In this document: piece after piece, positions 27,061 through 35,598 of the stretch
Numbering within the stretch: position 1 is the first letter of the stretch
Layout: every line of letters starts with the position of its first letter
Origin: an uncultured Alphaproteobacteria bacterium
Lineage (GTDB): Bacteria > Pseudomonadota > Alphaproteobacteria > HIMB59 > GCA-002718135
NCBI GenBank assembly: GCA_902576125.1
Contig: CACGUF010000002.1
Coordinates: forward strand, 145-64,144
Length of the DNA stretch: 64,000 nucleotides
Reading direction: 5' to 3'
Notes under the pieces: generated by a model
Seen by the model: the letters and a program-made list of their open reading frames with translations, nothing else
Database searches by the model: none
Told to the model about the DNA's origin: nothing
Made by a program: the position numbers and the translations under genes

Positions 27061-27969
27061 TTAAAGCCAAACCGGGTTTGTCCAGGCAAAATCGCCAAAA
27101 TCATTAGCAATACTGACCCTAAACCAATCTGATGGATACTTTTTTAGGTCAAATTCAGCCTGTGTAATATTTTTTCCGTTCTGACTCATGGATTTAGCTC
27201 CTTGACCAACAATACAAACTTGATTTGAAGGGGAACACTGAATATTTACTTTATAGTTATCAATTTTAAAATCAAAAATTTCAACTCCTGTAGAAGAATA
27301 ATATTGTCCATTTTTTAAAGCATTTAAAATTGATCTTTCTGATAATTTATCCGCAGCAACCATCACCCATCCACCTCCAGAATCTTGCATCTTAAAATGA
27401 GAGTCATCTGTAGCAGTTAAAAATATTCTATTATTTTCTTGCAATAAATAATCTGCTGCTGCAGTACCAAAACCACGTTGAGCTTCTATGTGACATGAAT
27501 GATTATAAATTTCAATGCCATGTGCATGACTTAAAGAAAGACATTCATCAAATGTTAGAGAATACCATTCTGGATGAGCGATTGTAACAAACGCACCTGC
27601 TTGAATTGCTCTTTGAACTAAACGAGGTGCTGTTTCTTTTTCATCAGCACATTTAAAATCTAATGGTAAACCATTTGCAACAATATGCCAAAGTTCATCT
27701 TTAACATATTTTTTACCTAGACAATGAAGTTCTGCTGATGGAATAGTTATAAAGTCTTTTTGATTAAGATGTTTTGTTTGTAATACTGTTTCAGCTGCAA
27801 ATTTTGTATCTTTCCATAAATGATCTGAAAGGCATGTAAAATCATAACCTATTTCCTTATACTTATTAACAACTTCTTGTGGATTTAAAGCTCCATCTGA
27901 ATGATTGGAATGTCCATGCAAATTACCTTTAAAGTACTTATGTTTATTTTTTGATGGCAATAAATCCAT
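27061..27969 (-). CDS. PHP-domain metal-dependent phosphoesterase
   Basis: N-terminal motif GNLHGHSNHSDG and later His/Asp motifs (AHPEW, TDDSH) typical of the PHP fold. Confidence 0.7.
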   Translation of the reverse strand: MDLLPSKNKHKYFKGNLHGHSNHSDGALNPQEVVNKYKEIGYDFTCLSDHLWKDTKFAAETVLQTKHLNQKDFITIPSAELHCLGKKYVKDELWHIVANGLPLDFKCADEKETAPRLVQRAIQAGAFVTIAHPEWYSLTFDECLSLSHAHGIEIYNHSCHIEAQRGFGTAAADYLLQENNRIFLTATDDSHFKMQDSGGGWVMVAADKLSERSILNALKNGQYYSSTGVEIFDFKIDNYKVNIQCSPSNQVCIVGQGAKSMSQNGKNITQAEFDLKKYPSDWFRVSIANDFGDFAWTNPVWL

Positions 27970-28030
27970 AAATATTATTAGACTAAATTTATTTATTTTT
28001 AATCAAAATAAAATCTATATAATTTCATTC

Positions 28031-29083
28031 ATGTTAACAACAGTTATTGGGGCTTATCCTAAACCAAATTATTTAAAAATTACTGATTGGTTTAATGCAT
28101 CAGGAGGGACAGACACTCAATTTCCTACAAAGTTTTATAATAATGAAATTAAACAAATGGGTAATGAAGCTGAAAAATTATTTATTCGTGCTACTAAAGA
28201 AATAATTCATGATCAAGAAGAGTGTGGGATTGATATAATTACAGATGGTGAAGTTCGTAGAGAAAATTATATTCATTATCACTGTAGACATTTAGAAGGT
28301 ATAGATTTTAATCATCTTACCGAAAAAGTTGCAAGAACAGGGAATTATAAATGTTGGCTGCCAACAATAACAAACAAAATATCAGCAGCAGATCCTTTCT
28401 TAGTAGATGAATGGAAAAGTAATCAGACTCTAACAGATAAACCAATAAAAATTACAATTCCTGGACCAATGACTATTGCCGACACAATAGCAAATTCCTA
28501 TTACAAATCAGATGATGAAATGGGATATGATTTAGCAATAGCTATCAATATAGAAATTAAAAGATTAGTTGAGGCTGGCTGTAAATATATACAGGTAGAT
28601 GAACCTCTTTTTGCACGCAAACCTGAAAACGCTCTTAACTTTGGAATTAGTAATCTTGAAAAATGTTTTGAAAATATTAATGATAGTAGTATTGAAAAAA
28701 TCACACATATTTGTTGTGGATATCCTGACAAAATTGATGCTATTGATTATCCAAAAGCTCCATTAGACTCTTATAAGAAAATTACAAAGGCACTGGATAA
28801 CTCAATCATTGATAGTATCTCGATTGAAGATGCTCACCGTTACATTGATTTGAGCTTGCTATCAGATTATCAGAGGACAAAAGTAATTTTTGGTGTGATC
28901 AAAATTGCTAGTTCTTCAATTGAAACTGAGGAGGAAATTGAAAATAGAATTAAGGAGGCACTTAATTATATTTCAAAAGAGCAACTAATTTTAGCACCAG
29001 ATTGTGGGCTAGGACATTTATCTAGAGAGCTCGCTATTCAAAAACTAAAGAAAATGTCATCAGTTGCAAGAAAATTTAGTTAA
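28031..29083 (+). CDS. Cobalamin-independent methionine synthase catalytic-domain protein (core-MetE / MetE C-terminal-like)
   Basis: GAYPKP start region and Zn-ligand contexts ITHICCGYP and APDCGLGHL. The start is moved to the in-frame ATG at 28031, because the 42 upstream codons of the track ORF overlap the PHP gene. Confidence 0.75.
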   Translation: MLTTVIGAYPKPNYLKITDWFNASGGTDTQFPTKFYNNEIKQMGNEAEKLFIRATKEIIHDQEECGIDIITDGEVRRENYIHYHCRHLEGIDFNHLTEKVARTGNYKCWLPTITNKISAADPFLVDEWKSNQTLTDKPIKITIPGPMTIADTIANSYYKSDDEMGYDLAIAINIEIKRLVEAGCKYIQVDEPLFARKPENALNFGISNLEKCFENINDSSIEKITHICCGYPDKIDAIDYPKAPLDSYKKITKALDNSIIDSISIEDAHRYIDLSLLSDYQRTKVIFGVIKIASSSIETEEEIENRIKEALNYISKEQLILAPDCGLGHLSRELAIQKLKKMSSVARKFS

Positions 29084-29156
29084 ATAGAATAGAACAAGAT
29101 TTGTGATTCCTTTGTAATAGATATTCTTATCTTTTATTATATGATAATATCAACTA

Positions 29157-30221
29157 ATGACTATTCATAATTCTATTTTAGAAGTAAATTTAAGAAATCT
29201 TCAATATAATTATAAAAAGCTATCTGGGTTAGCAAGAAAATCAATTTGTGCTGCAATTATTAAATCGGATGCATATGGCACTGGTGTTTTAAAAGTTTTT
29301 GATGCCCTTTACAAAGTCAATTGTAGAAATTTTTTTGTTGCAACAACTCAAGAGGCACTAGAAATAAGAAAAAAAAGATCAACTAGTAATATTTATGTAT
29401 TGAATGGTTTAGAAAATAACAACATTTCTGTTTTTAGTAAGAATAAAATTATTCCTATTTTAAATGATATAGATGAATATTGTTTCGTAACTAAAAATAT
29501 AAAAAAATATAAAAAGTTAAAATTTGGGTTACATGTCGATACTGGGATAAATAGACTTGGTATCAACTTCAAAGAATTTTTTGAATTAAAATTTAAAAAT
29601 AATATTCATATTTTGATAAGTCACTTAGCAAGTTCAGATGAATCAAATAACTATTATAATTCTATTCAAAATACAAAGTTTAGAAAAGCAATTGATCAAC
29701 AATTTACTACAGCAATTAAAAGTCTCTCAAATTCATTTGCATTAATCTTAGGAAAAAATTACCACTATGATTTAGTTAGACCCGGTATTTCTTTATATGG
29801 AGGTCACCAAAATACAAAAATGAAAAAAGTAATTAAACCTGTTGTTACATTAAAAGCAAAAATACTGCAGATTAAAGAAATTGGTAAAAATGAATACATC
29901 GGATACAATCAAACTTACAAAACAACAAAAAAATTAAAAATAGCAGTGATTGGTATTGGATATGGAGACGGACTTTCAAGATTATTAAGTAATAAAGGTA
30001 AAGTTTTTTATAAAGATAATAGTTATAAAATTTTAGGACGTGTTTCTATGGACACTATTACTATTGATATCACTAAAAACAGTCGTCATTTAAAAGTAGG
30101 TAAATACGTAGAAATATTAAATCATACCTTTGGAATTGATAGCTTGGCACACCAATGCATCACGATTCCTCACGAAATTCTAACATCTATTACTAAAAGA
30201 GTTAAACGCGTTTATATTTAA
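29157..30221 (+). CDS. alr: Alanine racemase
   Basis: PLP-Lys context AIIKSDAYGTG, plus C-terminal RVSMDTITIDIT typical of Alr. Confidence 0.85.
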   Translation: MTIHNSILEVNLRNLQYNYKKLSGLARKSICAAIIKSDAYGTGVLKVFDALYKVNCRNFFVATTQEALEIRKKRSTSNIYVLNGLENNNISVFSKNKIIPILNDIDEYCFVTKNIKKYKKLKFGLHVDTGINRLGINFKEFFELKFKNNIHILISHLASSDESNNYYNSIQNTKFRKAIDQQFTTAIKSLSNSFALILGKNYHYDLVRPGISLYGGHQNTKMKKVIKPVVTLKAKILQIKEIGKNEYIGYNQTYKTTKKLKIAVIGIGYGDGLSRLLSNKGKVFYKDNSYKILGRVSMDTITIDITKNSRHLKVGKYVEILNHTFGIDSLAHQCITIPHEILTSITKRVKRVYI

Positions 30222-30224
30222 TTT

Positions 30225-31085
30225 TTATAAACCATGCAATTGATTATAGCCTGATACAACTGGAGATGTCCAATCATTTAGAACTTTAGATGTTGTTTTG
30301 AAAACTGATACTTTTAAAGGATAGCACTGAGCTGTGTCTGATGAATGTTCAGAACTACAATCCCCTCCAGGACAAGCAGATAATACTCCAAGTAGATCTA
30401 TTTCAGCAAAAAATTCCAAAAAATCTCCCGGTCTCACTGGGCTTGCCTTCATAAAATATTGATGTGTATCAAGAGTAAAGCCTGTGCACATAAAAACATT
30501 AAGAACATCATGAACTAAATTTTCAGCTTCCTCTTTTAATAAATTTTTTTCTTTAACTAAAGCTCTTGTTAGATTGGAGTGACAACAATAATGATATTGA
30601 TTATTTGTAATTAAATGATTTGTATAGGGATCACACCTTGTCCCAATAACATCGTGTACTGAACCACCATCTCTATCAAATCCATACCAATCTAGAGTGT
30701 CATATGTGATAGTAGCAAGTGGTCTTATATGAGGAAATGTACTCCACATTCGATCTTTCAGTGAGAGATGTGTTCCGTGTAAAGCGCGAGTTTTGCCTGA
30801 ATAAAACTTTTCTTTATAATTATTTGCATTGAGCAAATTTAGATCCCCAACTTGAGGGCCTTCAATACTTTCTATTCTAAAAAAATATCCTGCTTTTACG
30901 TCAAAACATTTTGCATCTCTTGGGGGAATTATAACTTCATCTATTTTTTCCAGCTGTTCTCTAGCTTGTTGATAATTTTCCCAATAAGGAATTTTTAATG
31001 TATCATTTGGATAACAAATAACAGGAGAATTTAATTTTCGATTTTCCCCATCTACAGGTTTTTGATGTTGGGAATATTTTTTCAT
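30225..31085 (-). CDS. DUF1989 family protein (urea-carboxylase-associated / carboxyguanidine-deiminase-like fold)
   Basis: IPPRDAKCFDVKAGYFFRIESIEGPQVGDLNL matches the characteristic DUF1989 N-terminal block. 286 aa. Confidence 0.6.
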   Translation of the reverse strand: MKKYSQHQKPVDGENRKLNSPVICYPNDTLKIPYWENYQQAREQLEKIDEVIIPPRDAKCFDVKAGYFFRIESIEGPQVGDLNLLNANNYKEKFYSGKTRALHGTHLSLKDRMWSTFPHIRPLATITYDTLDWYGFDRDGGSVHDVIGTRCDPYTNHLITNNQYHYCCHSNLTRALVKEKNLLKEEAENLVHDVLNVFMCTGFTLDTHQYFMKASPVRPGDFLEFFAEIDLLGVLSACPGGDCSSEHSSDTAQCYPLKVSVFKTTSKVLNDWTSPVVSGYNQLHGL

Positions 31086-31111
31086 ACTTAATTCATTTCA
31101 TAAGAAAACAT

Positions 31112-32089
31112 TTATTTATATGCAATTACACTAATAATCTCAAACATAATAGATGCAGCTACCATTGAAGTAATATTATTCTTTTGATCTTTGCTAGGCA
31201 TTAAGCATACAACATCACCGCCAATAACATTTTTGCTTTTAACAGATTGAATAAGTGCTTTTGCCTCATCAATAGTAAAGCCAGTAAAACTAGGTTCTAT
31301 ATTTGATACTGCAGGAGCAACAGTGGAATCAAGTGAGTCTAAATCAAACGTAATATAAACAGGATTATCACCAATTTTATCTAAAGTTTCTCTGATGACA
31401 TCATCAATGCCTCTTTTTTTAAATTCATCCATTGTTACTACATTGTAACCAAGGTCATAACTTGGTTGCAACCAATCTAAAGTTCTAGGATTGCCACGCA
31501 TACCGATTTGCATACTAGTTTTTGGATCTATAATTCCTTGCTCAACTAAGTAAGCACCCCAATGAGCAGCACTTTTTTTAGCACCCATAAAATGATCTAA
31601 TTGACTAAAGGTGTCAGTGTGAGCATCGATATGAAGAAATGATATTTTTTTTCCATTTGTTAATTCTAGATTATTACTTCCTAAACCTTGAAGAATGCCA
31701 CCAGTAATAGAATGATCTCCACCAATAGATACAACTGGTTTTTTTTCTTTTGCAATTCTCTCATAAAAATTAGTAATATCTTCAATGCATCTTTCATTAT
31801 TATTTGCATGTGGAAGAGCAACATCGCCTAAGTCGAATATTTTTTTTTGTTTCCATGGATTAATATTGAAATCTAAATGTACTCTTCTTAATCCAGCAGA
31901 TACATGTCTAACAGCTCTTGGACCTAAATGTTGATCTCTTTCTGTTGTTCCATTACCAGTACTATGAGGTACACCAACAAGAGCAATATCACATTTTGAT
32001 AAATCTTTATGATGTTCACAGCGAAACAATGTTGGTATTCCCCACCAATACATGGTCTCCATCATCAACTCATCATTTGAGTTAGTCAT
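31112..32089 (-). CDS. Ureohydrolase family enzyme with a divergent substrate loop (candidate guanidino-compound amidinohydrolase)
   Basis: Mn-ligand motifs GGDHSIT, IDAHTDTF and TFDLDSLD are retained. The usual DPxxAPGTGTPExGG is replaced by DSTVAPAVSNIEPSFTG. Confidence 0.75.
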   Translation of the reverse strand: MTNSNDELMMETMYWWGIPTLFRCEHHKDLSKCDIALVGVPHSTGNGTTERDQHLGPRAVRHVSAGLRRVHLDFNINPWKQKKIFDLGDVALPHANNNERCIEDITNFYERIAKEKKPVVSIGGDHSITGGILQGLGSNNLELTNGKKISFLHIDAHTDTFSQLDHFMGAKKSAAHWGAYLVEQGIIDPKTSMQIGMRGNPRTLDWLQPSYDLGYNVVTMDEFKKRGIDDVIRETLDKIGDNPVYITFDLDSLDSTVAPAVSNIEPSFTGFTIDEAKALIQSVKSKNVIGGDVVCLMPSKDQKNNITSMVAASIMFEIISVIAYK

Positions 32090-32098
32090 TTTATTAGA

Positions 32099-33214
32099 TT
32101 AATTTATTGCAGTGCTTGGATCAACAAAATTATAACCCAAATCTTCTGCTACTGCTTTGTAAGTAACATTTCCTTGGCAAACATTTAAACCTGCAAGAAA
32201 ATTTGCATCACTATTTAAAGCATCTCGATAGCCACTTTGCGCTAAGTGCAATACAAAAGGTATTGTTGCTGCATTTAGAGCAAAAGTAGAAGTTCTTGGT
32301 ACACCTCCTGGCATATTAGCAACACAGTAATGCACAACATCATCAATAACATAAGTTGGGTTAGCATGAGTTGTTGGTTTGCTTGTTTCTACACATCCAC
32401 CTTGATCGATAGCAACATCAACAATTACAGAACCTCTTTTCATCACTTTAAGCATATCTTTTGTAATTAATTTAGGAGCATTAGCACCTGGAATTAAAAC
32501 TCCACCAATTAATAAATCAGTTTCAGCAACATAATCTTCTAAATTTATATCATCTGAGACAAGTGGGATAATCCGATCACCAAATTTTGCTTGAAGTTCT
32601 TTGAGACGATCTTCCGATTTATCAACAACATGAACTTTTGCTTCCATTCCCGTTGCAATGGTTGCTGCATTTTCACCTACAACTCCACCACCCAAAATAA
32701 GAACATTCCCGGGATTAACTCCAGGAGCCCCGCCAATCAGTAAACCTCTTCCACCTTGGGGTTTTTCTAAGCAGTGTGCTCCAGCTTGTATTGACATTCT
32801 TCCAGCAACAGCACTCATTGGAGCTAACAATGGCAATCTATTATTTTCATCAGTTACAGTCTCATATGCAATACAAATTGATTTTGAGTCTACTAATCCC
32901 TTAGTTAAATCTGGAGCTGCTGACAAATGTAAATAGGTAAATAAGACTTGATTTTCTCTTAACATATTTACTTCTTCAGATTGCGGTTCTTTGACTTTTA
33001 CTATCATATCTGAATCATTAAATACATCGCCAGCTGTTGGCACAATTTTCGCTCCAGCTTTTTCATAATCTACATTTTCAAAACCAGCACCAAAACCAGC
33101 ATTACTCTCAACTAAAACATTATGTCCATGATTTGTTAGTTCCTGTACGCTTGTAGGAGTAAGACCAACTCTAGACTCTTGAGCCTTGATCTCACTAGGA
33201 ATGCCAACTTTCAT
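32099..33214 (-). CDS. ald: Alanine dehydrogenase
   Basis: MKVGIPSEIKAQESRVGLTP N-terminus and NAD fold GGGVVGENAA, both typical of AlaDH/PNT-family Ald. Confidence 0.9.
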   Translation of the reverse strand: MKVGIPSEIKAQESRVGLTPTSVQELTNHGHNVLVESNAGFGAGFENVDYEKAGAKIVPTAGDVFNDSDMIVKVKEPQSEEVNMLRENQVLFTYLHLSAAPDLTKGLVDSKSICIAYETVTDENNRLPLLAPMSAVAGRMSIQAGAHCLEKPQGGRGLLIGGAPGVNPGNVLILGGGVVGENAATIATGMEAKVHVVDKSEDRLKELQAKFGDRIIPLVSDDINLEDYVAETDLLIGGVLIPGANAPKLITKDMLKVMKRGSVIVDVAIDQGGCVETSKPTTHANPTYVIDDVVHYCVANMPGGVPRTSTFALNAATIPFVLHLAQSGYRDALNSDANFLAGLNVCQGNVTYKAVAEDLGYNFVDPSTAIN

Positions 33215-34554
33215 TATTGTTCCTTAAAATAATTAGTAATACCAGTTCTTAGTTTCTCAATCATTTCATCAATATGTTTTTTTTCAGATATAAATGGTGG
33301 TGCAACGATTAAACAATCTCCTGTAGCTTTTAAGCTTAAACCAGAAGCAAATAAATGTTTAAAACAAGCATATCCAGCTTTTCCAAGACGCTCATCCATT
33401 CTTAAGTCAATACCTCCCATCATTCCATATCCTCTAATATCAGTGATACCTTCAATATCTTTCAAACTAAATAAGCCATCTAAGAAATATGGAGACATTT
33501 CTTTAGCCCGATTAAATAAATCTTCTTTATCAAAAATATCTTGCATTGCTAATCCAGCTGCAACTGAACAAGGTATTGCGGAGTAAGTATAACCATGAAA
33601 AAATTCGATAGCTCCTTTTGGTGCCGCATCAACCATTGAGTCATAAATATGCTCTCTAGATGCCACCGCTCCAAGAGGAACAACACCATTTGTGATTGCT
33701 TTTGCCATTGTTATAATATCAGGAGTAACTTCAAATGCTTGAGAGCCAAAAGGTTCCCCCATTCTTCCCCAACCTGTTATAACTTCATCAAAGATAAGAA
33801 GAATACCATGTTTATCACAAATCTGTCTAAGTTTTTTTAAATATCCTTTTGGTGGTACCAAAGTTCCTGTAGATCCTGCTACTGGTTCGACAATACATGC
33901 TGCAATATTCTCTCCACCTATATGTCCTGCAATTCTCTCTAAATCTTCTGCAAGGTAATCACCTTTTTCAGGCTCCCCACAAACAAATTTATTTTCTGGT
34001 AAGTGTGTATGACGTAAGTGATGAGTATTTGGCATTAAGATACTTGAAAAAGTTTTTCTATTTGCAACCATTCCACCAACAGAAATTCCTCCAATATTCA
34101 TTCCGTGGTATCCTCTTTCACGACCAACGATATGATGACGATGTCCCTCACCTTTAGCTTTAAAGTAAGCTATAGCAGTTTTTATTGCTGTATCTACTGC
34201 AGATGAACCACACATAGTAAAAAATATTCGATTTAAATCTTCTGGGGTATGTTTAGAAATTTTTCTTGCTAATTCAAAAGAGCCATTAAAACCTTGTTGA
34301 AAAGGTTGAACATAATCTAGTTGTTCAAGTTGTTTATAAACAGCTTCTCTAATTTCTTGTCGACCATGACCTGCAGGACTGCAAAACAATCCAGAGCTTG
34401 CATCAATTAATTGATTACCATGATGATCAGTGTAATACATTCCTTCAGCTTTTACCATTAGCCTAGGATTGTCTTTAAAATCGTGATTAGATGTAAATGG
34501 CATCCAATGTTCTTCAAGTGAATTAGGTAATTCGTTTCTATTTTCTAAATCCAT
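33214..34554 (-). CDS. Class III omega-amino acid:pyruvate aminotransferase (taurine:pyruvate or beta-alanine:pyruvate type)
   Basis: Strong resemblance to beta-alanine/taurine-pyruvate transaminases (HWMPF, GYHG, DEVITGWGR, PLP-Lys in ITMAKAITNG). The start is set at the ATG at 34554, which follows GGGGA, rather than the TTG at 34566. The stop overlaps the ald start. Confidence 0.85.
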   Translation of the reverse strand: MDLENRNELPNSLEEHWMPFTSNHDFKDNPRLMVKAEGMYYTDHHGNQLIDASSGLFCSPAGHGRQEIREAVYKQLEQLDYVQPFQQGFNGSFELARKISKHTPEDLNRIFFTMCGSSAVDTAIKTAIAYFKAKGEGHRHHIVGRERGYHGMNIGGISVGGMVANRKTFSSILMPNTHHLRHTHLPENKFVCGEPEKGDYLAEDLERIAGHIGGENIAACIVEPVAGSTGTLVPPKGYLKKLRQICDKHGILLIFDEVITGWGRMGEPFGSQAFEVTPDIITMAKAITNGVVPLGAVASREHIYDSMVDAAPKGAIEFFHGYTYSAIPCSVAAGLAMQDIFDKEDLFNRAKEMSPYFLDGLFSLKDIEGITDIRGYGMMGGIDLRMDERLGKAGYACFKHLFASGLSLKATGDCLIVAPPFISEKKHIDEMIEKLRTGITNYFKEQ

Positions 34555-34686
34555 AAATATCCCCAAATATGCAAAATTTATCTAGCCTTACATCATACAA
34601 ATAGCTTATCCAAGAACAATTCTTGCTGTTTTTCTTAATTTCATAGGAAAAATTGACGCCCTAGTATAGAAGAAAAAAAATCATTT

Positions 34687-35598
34687 ATGCTAACAAAAAA
34701 AGAAGCCTACATACCCAATAATTTAATATCATTGGCAAAAAAAACACCTGATCTATCAGCAGGAATTATATGTGCCGATCATGACTCTACTATAGAGTCA
34801 GCTAAAAAGTCGGTAGAATTGAGTTTAATAAAACCAATTTTTATTGGAAATAAAAAAAAAATCATTGAAAAGGCAAAAAAAATCAAATGGGAAATAAATT
34901 CTTATGAAATAATTGATTCATCAAAAGATGTTGAGGCAGCTATGCTTGGGGCTGAACTTGCTAGAGACAATAAAATCAAAGTAATCATAAAAGGTAATCT
35001 TCATACAGATGTATTAATGAAAACATACTTAAAAAAAGAGTATGGTCTAATTGAAGGAAAAAGATTAAGTCATATTTGGCATATGACCATTTCTCGAGAT
35101 GATAAACCACTTTTTATAACAGATGGTGCATTAAATGTTGCGCCTCGCCTTGATGTAAAAATGCATATCCTAAAAAATGTAATTAAATTTGCAAATCAAA
35201 TACAAATTTCTAAACCAAGAGTAGCTATTTTATCGGGAACTGAAGATCCTATAGAAAGTATGCCTAGTTCTATGGAAGCAAAAGAATTAATGGAACGTGC
35301 AATAAATGAAAACATTAATGCTTATGTTCATGGTCCTCTTGCATTTGATAATGCTATTTCACCTGATGCAGCCAAAATAAAAAAAATTTCTAATGAGGTT
35401 GCAGGAAAAGCAGACATCCTTTTAGTCCCAAATTTAGAAACTGGAAATTCTTTATCAAAAATAATGGTTTATTTTATGGGTGCTTGCGCTGCAGGATTTA
35501 TTGTTGGTGGCAAAGTTCCTGTTGTTGTGACTAGTAGAGCAGATAACTCCGCTTCACGAATAGCTTCCATAGCTGCTGCAGTAATAGCAACTCAATAG
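34687..35598 (+). CDS. pta: Phosphate acetyl/butyryl-transferase family protein
   Basis: PTA_PTB family pattern (KGNLHTDVLMK, ITDGALNVAP, VPNLETGN). Divergent from the aminotransferase-ald unit. Confidence 0.65.
   Translation: MLTKKEAYIPNNLISLAKKTPDLSAGIICADHDSTIESAKKSVELSLIKPIFIGNKKKIIEKAKKIKWEINSYEIIDSSKDVEAAMLGAELARDNKIKVIIKGNLHTDVLMKTYLKKEYGLIEGKRLSHIWHMTISRDDKPLFITDGALNVAPRLDVKMHILKNVIKFANQIQISKPRVAILSGTEDPIESMPSSMEAKELMERAINENINAYVHGPLAFDNAISPDAAKIKKISNEVAGKADILLVPNLETGNSLSKIMVYFMGACAAGFIVGGKVPVVVTSRADNSASRIASIAAAVIATQ

Noticed and set aside
27905-28030. 42-codon N-terminal extension of the MetE-like ORF as given in the track
   Set aside because: The extension overlaps the 5' end of the divergent PHP gene and has no MetE similarity. 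The family sequence begins at the in-frame ATG at 28031 (MLTTVIGAYPKP).
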